From the IMG/VR virus record IMGVR_UViG_3300045526_000237, positions 1 to 55,553 of that record: 55,553 nt of DNA; one strand, given 5' to 3'. This DNA comes from a virus (Duplodnaviria > Caudoviricetes). The first letter of the stretch is position 1, and each line of letters starts with the position of its first letter. Of this stretch, positions 49,507 to 55,553 are shown in pieces. The notes below the pieces were generated by a model. The model was given only the letters and a program-made list of their open reading frames with translations. It was not told where the DNA came from and did no database searches. Position numbers and translations under genes: made by a program.

Positions 49507-49789
49507 CATCTTCGTCCTCATAAGTTGATGGTTCTTCAAATAGTTCTTCCATTTTTTGTTTTAAAACTCTTTCTTGAAGTTTTGCTAGGTCTTCTTCGGT
49601 AAATCTTATCACTAGTAATGGATCTCCTGCTTTTACATTATTTAACTCCGGATGTTTAACTTTTGGACTTTTTGAATACCCATAATGAGCATTCATAATC
49701 ATCCAACCTTGAACAAACATTGATATTGAAATAATTAATAAAACAAACCAAGGAACCAGAAAAATTAATTCAGAGTGATTTTGAGCCAT
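49499..49789 (-). CDS. Membrane-anchored hypothetical protein (DUF2973-like)
   Basis: N-terminal TM, HPEL....G..LLV..F. Confidence 0.6.
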   Translation of the reverse strand: MAQNHSELIFLVPWFVLLIISISMFVQGWMIMNAHYGYSKSPKVKHPELNNVKAGDPLLVIRFTEEDLAKLQERVLKQKMEELFEEPSTYEDEDDE

Positions 49790-49968
49790 GGTAATAATGG
49801 CGGAATGACTCCTATCAATCTTAAAAGTCCCTCAGCAAATAAAGCAAGAACCACCCAACCGACGCACATGCTAATGATAGAAGCATTACGGTTGTGTCGT
49901 CGTATTGCTGCATCAATCATCTCCTGAACTTCAGAACGTGTAATAAACTCTTCCTGTTCGTACATCAT
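49765..49968 (-). CDS. Small membrane protein
   Basis: QEMIDAAIRRHNRNASIISM followed by TM segment. Confidence 0.65.
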   Translation of the reverse strand: MMYEQEEFITRSEVQEMIDAAIRRHNRNASIISMCVGWVVLALFAEGLLRLIGVIPPLLPWLKITLN

Positions 49969-50114
49969 TTCTCATCTCCAAGAAATTTTGCAAGAGGATC
50001 TCTACGGGTTTTTACAATTTCAACTGCTCTTTTATAAAACATATTATTGGTATTACCAGAGGATTCAAAAGTTTCTTTGATCTTCACCCAATTATCATAG
50101 GTGTGCTGATCCAT
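49965..50114 (-). CDS. 49-aa hypothetical protein
   Basis: MDQHTYDNWVKIKETFESSGNTNNMFYKRA; ATGA overlap. Confidence 0.65.
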   Translation of the reverse strand: MDQHTYDNWVKIKETFESSGNTNNMFYKRAVEIVKTRRDPLAKFLGDEK

Positions 50115-50227
50115 AGGTTTTAAGATGAATACTACTAGTTATACTAGTGAGTTTTTTGAACCTGTCAACTATGTGTTGAATTCAAGAAAGTGCTTAAGAC
50201 AATCTTAAATTTTGTAATATTTCTAAA

Positions 50228-50314
50228 CGGAAGGTGGGAGAGTCGAACTCCCAAGGGCTTTAACACCTCAACGCTTTTCAAGAGCGGTTCCGTCGCCAAT
50301 CGGATTGACCTTCC
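50228..50314 (-). tRNA. tRNA-Ser(UGA)
   Basis: Acceptor GGAAGGT/ACCTTCC, anticodon loop CTTGAAA, long variable arm, GGGAG-TTCGACT-CTCCC. Confidence 0.93.
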
Positions 50315-50323
50315 AAAAAGTTC

Positions 50324-50581
50324 TCAACGAACTTCAAAATCTAAACGTCTTACTTTACGTTGACGACGAGCTTCTTGCCACATAATATCTTCGTTTGTAA
50401 GAACATTAGATTTTATTTTATTCTGATAAGAGTTTAGCATGACAAGTTTAGATAAGTCAAGTGCAGAAATCTTATCTCCACGAATTGTTGCCATATTTGG
50501 ACAACCACATGTTATAGTTTTACTAGGATGCCCTTCCAACTCTTTACCACAAGAGCGGCATCTAATCTTTAAATTTTCCAT
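50324..50581 (-). CDS. Zn-ribbon hypothetical protein
   Basis: CRSC...CGC. Confidence 0.7.
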   Translation of the reverse strand: MENLKIRCRSCGKELEGHPSKTITCGCPNMATIRGDKISALDLSKLVMLNSYQNKIKSNVLTNEDIMWQEARRQRKVRRLDFEVR

Positions 50582-50591
50582 AATTAAACAA

Positions 50592-51164
50592 TTAATATGC
50601 AGGTGCTTGTTGCGGAACTACCTCTTGAGGAACAACGATTGGAGTTTGTTCAGAGTCTTCCACAGATAATTTAGAAGTTTTTTCTACCATTGATCTTAAC
50701 ATCCAAATAAATTTACCATGAGATTCCATTAAATCTTGAAGTACATTTTCAGTTGCATAAGATCTTTGATTACCAGCTTCTTCAGATGCTTCGGTTAAAA
50801 GTTCGAGAAAAATCATATTATCCGTCATTAATCTTTTAATCATATCATCTGACTTTGTAATTGACTTACCGGGAATTATTTGCTTTTGACCCAATTCATC
50901 AATTTGATTTACATTAGATCCTTCTCCAATTGTAGAAACCTCTACAATTCTAGATAAAGTTCCAATTGGACGAACATTTAAATATCTCATATGTTCAGAA
51001 AGACGATCAATTTCTTCAAACATTATTTGATACTGATCGCCAAAAAGAGTATGAAGTTGTTGAAAATCAGATCCTACAACATTCCAATGAAAAACCCAAG
51101 TTTTATGAAATAAAATAAAAAGATTTGCCTGAATATCACTCAGTTGTTTAAAGAGTTTTTCCAT
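50592..51164 (-). CDS. dps: Dps family ferritin-like protein
   Basis: KTWVFHWNVVGSDFQQLH.LF, IDRLSEH, H.KFIWMLRS. Confidence 0.9.
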   Translation of the reverse strand: MEKLFKQLSDIQANLFILFHKTWVFHWNVVGSDFQQLHTLFGDQYQIMFEEIDRLSEHMRYLNVRPIGTLSRIVEVSTIGEGSNVNQIDELGQKQIIPGKSITKSDDMIKRLMTDNMIFLELLTEASEEAGNQRSYATENVLQDLMESHGKFIWMLRSMVEKTSKLSVEDSEQTPIVVPQEVVPQQAPAY

Positions 51165-51194
51165 TATACTTTTTTAAGTATTTATATTTAAAAA

Positions 51195-51359
51195 TTAAAA
51201 GTGATTCATAAAATTTTCCACGATAGTTGAAATATCATTCATGGCATCATTTAAGTTATCTCTTTGCCCAGACTCTTGTCTGATAATGGGGCGATGATCA
51301 TCGGTCAATGTCCAACGCCACTGATCCATATCTTTACAATACCATAAATTAATTTTCAT
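51195..51359 (-). CDS. 54-aa hypothetical protein
   Basis: MKINLWYCKDMDQWRWTLTD... Confidence 0.6.
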   Translation of the reverse strand: MKINLWYCKDMDQWRWTLTDDHRPIIRQESGQRDNLNDAMNDISTIVENFMNHF

Positions 51360-51394
51360 AATATTTTTTACTAAAGACTACCGTACAAAATCAA

Positions 51395-51703
51395 TCACAA
51401 AGAACTTCTAATTTCATTTCTAAGATTTACTGAATTATCTCCGGCAGTAATAATAATCGCCTCAGATCCTCTACACCAAACTCCAATAGTGGCATTGTTA
51501 TTAATATATCCCCAAACACTATCAGAATCTGAAGTCATTCCGGTTGCACCAATAGCATAAAACTTATTCATTGCTCGCTGAAGACATCCAAATCTACCAT
51601 ATGGAGTAGCAGTTATAGTAGTAGCAACAGCGGGAGATGCCGCAAAAGCAGAAGGAACTGATGTAAAAATAACAACAGCAGAAGTAAAAATTGTCTTAAA
51701 CAT
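51395..51703 (-). CDS. Secreted/periplasmic hypothetical protein
   Basis: Signal peptide ending AFA; two Cys. Confidence 0.65.
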   Translation of the reverse strand: MFKTIFTSAVVIFTSVPSAFAASPAVATTITATPYGRFGCLQRAMNKFYAIGATGMTSDSDSVWGYINNNATIGVWCRGSEAIIITAGDNSVNLRNEIRSSL

Positions 51704-51719
51704 TTATCTATACCTTAAT

Positions 51720-51743
51720 AAAAAAGGGAGGATTTCTCCTCCC
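51720..51743 (-). terminator. Intrinsic terminator after porin
   Basis: GGGAGGA-GAAA-TCCTCCC-TTTTT. Confidence 0.8.
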
Positions 51744-51750
51744 ATATTTA

Positions 51751-53232
51751 TCAGAAAGTGAACTTCGTTTGGATTACTCCACCCCAATTAGAAGAATCCT
51801 CAGTCAATCGCTGATTATCACTTGCATAGAAGATAGCAGGAGTGATGCTGATGTTATCAGATACTTGATACTTGTAGAAGATTTCTAGAAGAGTAGAAGA
51901 CTCTAGATCCTCTCCAGTAGGTGCCTGACCTACGGCAATACCGGCAGAATTTCCCTTAACGAACACATTAGACCACTGAAGACCGGCGAACCAAGATTCG
52001 CTATCAGTAGCGGCACTTTCGGTACCACTCACAGTATTCCAACCATATCCAGCAGAGACGGAAGGAATCAAACCAGACTGCTCAGGTTGCCAATAAGCAT
52101 TCACGGAGTAACTATTAGAAGTTTGACCGGGAACCAGAGTACCAGAAGCACCGTTCAGACCATTGTAAGTGCGAACACGGGTGCCTTCAGTACCATAACG
52201 ATAACCAAAAGCAATACCATAGTTAGTACCACGATAACCAATTTGTGCCAGAGTATTCAGAGCACCAGATTCATCAAATGCCCCGGTTTCACTGCTGTCG
52301 CCATCTTGAGCAACATAGTTCAGACCAGCAACAAATCCTTTCTTACCTTGAGTCCAGAGAGCACCAACACCTGCACCGGTTGCCTTATTATAAACACCAG
52401 GAGCACCGGCAACGGTAAAGAAATCAAGAATCTCAGACTTATATGCAGTTGGGATCCATGCCATTTCCGTGTTACGAACTTTGGCACCTGCGGTAATAGT
52501 AGTGCTATTGTTAAAAGCAGGGAACTGATAATACAGACGATCAATAACTACGGTATCATTACCATAGGTTTGAGTATTGTCTGCCTTGTCAAGTTTGAAC
52601 AGTGACGAGGAAGAACCAAAAGGATCAGCACTGAAGTTTGAAGAACGCAGACGGGTACGAAGCAGATCCTTACCGGTAAATGAGGTATCAAGATTCAGAC
52701 GAACATCATAATTGAATGCGGTCTTAGTAACATCATCACCAAGGAATTTAGTCTTCTCACCAGACTTTGGACGATAATCATCCACACCACCCAGAACGAA
52801 GGTTGCTTCACCACGAAGTTTGGTAGTGGTAGAGAACTGAGTTGCTTCCAGAGTGCCGATGCGTGCCTCAGCAGCATCAACACGACCACGAAGAACGGCA
52901 AGTTCAGCAGCAAATTCTGCCTGCAGACGCTTCAGTTCATCGGTAACTTCGGTTACACGATCCAGGCAAGCATTCAGAAGTGCTGCTGCTTCATAACGGG
53001 TCATCGACTGACCACCAACAAAAGTACCATTGGGATAACCAGCAACACAACCATAACGCTCTACAAGGTTGTTAAGTGCTTGGTAAGCCCAGTCAGTAGG
53101 ACGAACATCAGAGAACTGGGTGATGCTCGTAACTTGAGGCATATCCACATAAGGGCCATAAGGTTCTGCGAACGCAGCACCGGCGACAAGTGGAGTTGCA
53201 GCAAGAGTTGCTGCGAAAGCGGATTTAAACAT
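51751..53232 (-). CDS. Cyanobacterial outer-membrane porin (Som/iron-uptake porin type, SLH domain)
   Basis: FSDVRPTDWAYQAL..LVERYGCVAGYP, TRYEAAALLNACLD, FSTTTKL.GE, TSFTGKDLLRTRL, C-terminal F; start MFKSA after GAGG. Confidence 0.92.
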   Translation of the reverse strand: MFKSAFAATLAATPLVAGAAFAEPYGPYVDMPQVTSITQFSDVRPTDWAYQALNNLVERYGCVAGYPNGTFVGGQSMTRYEAAALLNACLDRVTEVTDELKRLQAEFAAELAVLRGRVDAAEARIGTLEATQFSTTTKLRGEATFVLGGVDDYRPKSGEKTKFLGDDVTKTAFNYDVRLNLDTSFTGKDLLRTRLRSSNFSADPFGSSSSLFKLDKADNTQTYGNDTVVIDRLYYQFPAFNNSTTITAGAKVRNTEMAWIPTAYKSEILDFFTVAGAPGVYNKATGAGVGALWTQGKKGFVAGLNYVAQDGDSSETGAFDESGALNTLAQIGYRGTNYGIAFGYRYGTEGTRVRTYNGLNGASGTLVPGQTSNSYSVNAYWQPEQSGLIPSVSAGYGWNTVSGTESAATDSESWFAGLQWSNVFVKGNSAGIAVGQAPTGEDLESSTLLEIFYKYQVSDNISITPAIFYASDNQRLTEDSSNWGGVIQTKFTF

Positions 53233-53376
53233 AAGTACCTCTATAGTTTCTCGCAGAATAATACCTGCGGATGTAAGGAGTCTCGACATGACTCCGTTGA
53301 TTCAAGTGACTAGTGCGAGTATTTGAGGCATTCATCACGGATATATTTAGAGAATTCTCTAAATACCATCTTAAAA

Positions 53377-53406
53377 ATTATAAGACAGAAAATATTATCC
53401 TGTCAA
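53377..53406 (-). promoter_or_regulatory. Sigma70 promoter for porin gene, -35 abutting tRNA-Thr 3' end
   Basis: TTGACA-18-TATAAT. Confidence 0.7.
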
Positions 53407-53477
53407 GCCCCCCATCGGATTTGAACCGATGACCGCTCGCTTACAAGGCGAGTGCTCTACCACTGAGCTAGAAGGGC
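53406..53477 (-). tRNA. tRNA-Thr(UGU)
   Basis: GCCCTTCTAGCTCAGTGGTAGAGCA CTCGC-CTTGTAA-GCGAG ... ATCGG-TTCAAAT-CCGAT GGGGGGC. Confidence 0.95.
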
Positions 53478-53487
53478 ATGTTTTATC

Positions 53488-53542
53488 TAGGTGATTTTTT
53501 TTCCTTTAGCAAATAAGAAAGTAAAAATTGCTGAATCACCTA
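53488..53542 (-). ncRNA. CAGCAA stem element C
   Basis: TAGGTGATT-CAGCAA...AATCACCTA 9-bp terminal stem. Confidence 0.7.
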
Positions 53543-53543
53543 A

Positions 53544-53661
53544 CGCCGAAGTCGGGAATCGAACCCAAACCTCTCCCTGACAATGGAATTTAGAGTAATT
53601 GCTGTCCGTATCTAAAACTAGATAACCGCTTTTTAACGTGCTACCATTACACTACTTCGGC
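53544..53661 (-). ncRNA. tRNA-like RNA with CAGCAA module replacing the anticodon arm
   Basis: Acceptor GCCGAAG/CTTCGGC, D arm GTGT-AATGGTA-GCAC, T arm TTGGG-TTCGATT-CCCGA; ~70-nt centre with TATCTA-GTTT-TAGATA-CGGA-CAGCAA. Confidence 0.8.
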
Positions 53662-53664
53662 AGG

Positions 53665-53751
53665 GGGGAAATATAAGAGTCGAACTTATTAAGAACGGTG
53701 CAGTATTTATCTTTAACTAGATAACCTCCGGTCCCCCAGAGTAATTTCCCC
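53665..53751 (-). ncRNA. Shorter, divergent tRNA-like RNA of the same family
   Basis: Acceptor GGGGAAAT/ATTTCCCC, T arm ATAAG-TTCGACT-CTTAT, centre GGTTATCTAGTTAAAGATAAATA-CTGCA. Confidence 0.65.
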
Positions 53752-53776
53752 ATAAAACAGACAGAAAACTGTCTGA

Positions 53777-53895
53777 TACCAGAACCAGGAATCGAACCTA
53801 GACTTCCTCCTCCCTATGGATTAATAGAAATTGCTGTCCGTATCTAAAACTAGATAACCGATTGTTTAAGCGTGCTACCATTACACTATTCTGGT
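53777..53895 (-). ncRNA. tRNA-like RNA with CAGCAA module replacing the anticodon arm
   Basis: Acceptor ACCAGAA/TTCTGGT, same D arm, T arm CTAGG-TTCGATT-CCTGG; compensatory changes relative to 53544..53661. Confidence 0.8.
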
Positions 53896-53900
53896 GAAAC

Positions 53901-53947
53901 TAGATGATTTTGTTTGCATAACCAGCGGAGAATTGCTGAATCATCTA
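53901..53947 (-). ncRNA. CAGCAA stem element B
   Basis: TAGATGATT-CAGCAA...AATCATCTA. Confidence 0.7.
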
Positions 53948-53987
53948 TAAGAGGGGAGGAAGAGATTGTCAACCCCCCTCACACTTA

Positions 53988-55451
53988 TCAGGCGAACACT
54001 TCGCCAATTGGTGCATAACGCTCATCATACACCGCATCGTTCATCGTGTCAACTGGAGTGAGAACACTGTCAGTAAGCACGGACTTCAGAATTGAAGGAC
54101 TGCAACCAGACACAAGGCAGGTACCAGTATCATGTGCTTTGATTGGAACATCACCATAAGAGTTTACATTCCAGAAGACCAGTTGAGGCATTTCATACCC
54201 TGCCTTACGGTAGAGTTTTTGAATTTGCTCAAAGTTGCTTCGCTTGTTAGAGCGGCAGCACTGGTCAAACTGCATGTCAGAGACAATGATCAGTTTTTGA
54301 GGCATGTCCTCTGCGGAAACATTATTCTTTACCCCGGCATCAAGAACAGTCTTGAACACTGCCATGAGGTCAGTATTCATTTGCCAAGCAGCACGGGAAA
54401 GATTACCAATCCGAGAACCGATGGTAGAACCAACAATGGATTGAAGTTCAGGACGTTCAGAGAAAGTCAGGAACTTGTTCTTCCACACTTGAGCAGTATT
54501 ACGCTCTGCAATATACATTGCAAGAGAGATAGACACTGCCATAGGACGACCCATCATAGAACCAGAAACGTCTGCAACAACGAGTCCGTTGAACTCCTTA
54601 CCTTCCATGTAGTTAGGAAGTGCTTCCCACTGCAGGTCGATAGTCTTGTCATTTCGAGCACCCTTGTAGAGATATTGTTCGACAATATCGTAAGGGTACA
54701 GAGTTGCAGCGTTGATCTTTGCTTCACCTTTTGAAACAGCATTCAGATACTCTTGGTAACGAGTGCCGTCTTGCTTTGCAAATGCCTTGCGGTACATGAA
54801 AGCGGCACGAGAAGGTACTTTAGAATAGTCAATTGCAGACCACTCCTTAGAGCACATCGCCTTCTCAACGACATTGATATGAGTACGCAGATTGCTCAGA
54901 ATCTTACGATACTCACGCTCAGTCAGTCCAAGATGCTCTGCAATCTTGCGACCAAGACGCTTGGTGTCCTTGCTGGAAGCGTTGATAGAAGGCAACCACT
55001 TGGCAAGCAGAGAAACGGATTCTCCTGCCTTGTAAGAGATGCGATCCACGTTCAGTTGAGTCTGAATTACATTCAGCACAGTTTCCCATGCAGAAGTGTT
55101 TTCCAGAACGAGCAGGTCATCCCAGCGTCCATAGACAGGAACCAGAGAAACCAGTTTTTGACCGATTTCACCATTTTCCTCTACAAGATATTTGAATAGT
55201 TGACGGAAAACAGCACGTTCTCCCTGACCACCACGAATGTCCCGTGCCCAGAAGAGAATACGAGTTGCAGTCTCAGGATTCTCAGCATATGCATGGGCGA
55301 ACAGTTTTTGTGCCTGATTGACATTGTTACGGCAAGCACCAATTTTTCCAAACAAATCCAGACACTTGTTCAGCGTGGACTTATAAGATTTTGCACCGTT
55401 TGCAGTCACGGTGTCGTTCATTTGAGTTTCGAGAGCAGTAATGAAAGTCAT
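53988..55451 (-). CDS. DUF2828 family protein (TROVE/Ro60-like helical domain + vWA domain)
   Basis: TANGA, CLDLF, LFWARDIRGGQGER, YGRWDDL, AKWLPS, YSKVPS.A; MIDAS DVSGSM, NTD, SDMQFD, FWNV, VSG.SP. Confidence 0.88.
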   Translation of the reverse strand: MTFITALETQMNDTVTANGAKSYKSTLNKCLDLFGKIGACRNNVNQAQKLFAHAYAENPETATRILFWARDIRGGQGERAVFRQLFKYLVEENGEIGQKLVSLVPVYGRWDDLLVLENTSAWETVLNVIQTQLNVDRISYKAGESVSLLAKWLPSINASSKDTKRLGRKIAEHLGLTEREYRKILSNLRTHINVVEKAMCSKEWSAIDYSKVPSRAAFMYRKAFAKQDGTRYQEYLNAVSKGEAKINAATLYPYDIVEQYLYKGARNDKTIDLQWEALPNYMEGKEFNGLVVADVSGSMMGRPMAVSISLAMYIAERNTAQVWKNKFLTFSERPELQSIVGSTIGSRIGNLSRAAWQMNTDLMAVFKTVLDAGVKNNVSAEDMPQKLIIVSDMQFDQCCRSNKRSNFEQIQKLYRKAGYEMPQLVFWNVNSYGDVPIKAHDTGTCLVSGCSPSILKSVLTDSVLTPVDTMNDAVYDERYAPIGEVFA

Positions 55452-55463
55452 GATGATTTCTCC

Positions 55464-55528
55464 AAGTTGATTGTGAATTTGTCGATTTCACAGAAGATGT
55501 TGGAGACATTGTTCTGCTGAATCAACTT
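55464..55528 (-). promoter_or_regulatory. CAGCAG stem element A in DUF2828 5' leader, abutting the RBS
   Basis: AAGTTGATT-CAGCAG...AATCAACTT-GGAGA-AATCATC-ATG. Confidence 0.7.
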
Positions 55529-55553
55529 TAGACAAGATGAGTTTTTGGCTGGC

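Noticed and set aside
53544-53895. tRNA genes with self-splicing introns, or ordinary pseudo-tRNAs
   Set aside because: Inserts are too short, have no group I core, no excision I tried restores an anticodon arm, and the insert core is better conserved between copies than the acceptor and T stems
53488-53947. Anticodon-loop mimics in the variable parts (TTGCTAA, ATGCAAA, TTGTCAG)
   Set aside because: No clean 5-bp stem/7-nt loop geometry; could be chance, retest with homologs
52087-55520. Long plus-strand ORFs (also 23499..24035, 33876..34304, 48070..48507)
   Set aside because: Antisense shadows of well-supported genes with biased codon usage; no recognisable motifs
53488-55553. CRISPR array
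   Set aside because: No identical regularly spaced repeats and no cas genes

Overview
AT-rich segment of a T4-like cyanomyophage (probably freshwater, infecting Synechococcus/Cyanobium; host is inferred). Essentially all genes are on the minus strand. In transcription order (right to left): (1) a DUF2828/TROVE-like + vWA protein flanked by a family of CAGCA(A/G) stem RNAs and three tRNA-shaped RNAs whose anticodon arm is replaced by a circularly permuted copy of the same stem, followed by tRNA-Thr; (2) cyanobacterial porin, Dps, tRNA-Ser and small ORFs; (3) a wcaG/manA-like pseudoknot RNA and a 12-gene glycan-modification cluster; (4) auxiliary metabolic genes: two hli, peroxiredoxin, psbA split by a 207-nt group I intron with a downstream free-standing F-CphI-like endonuclease, a talC remnant, petE, talC, PTOX and gnd; (5) about 26 kb of mosaic virion/tail-fibre/LamG/Gly-rich propeller genes; (6) a second glycosyltransferase/methyltransferase cluster. 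The most interesting signal is the apparent Ro60/Y-RNA-like ribonucleoprotein system at 53.4-55.55 kb. All calls were made by eye, with no database searches or folding programs.
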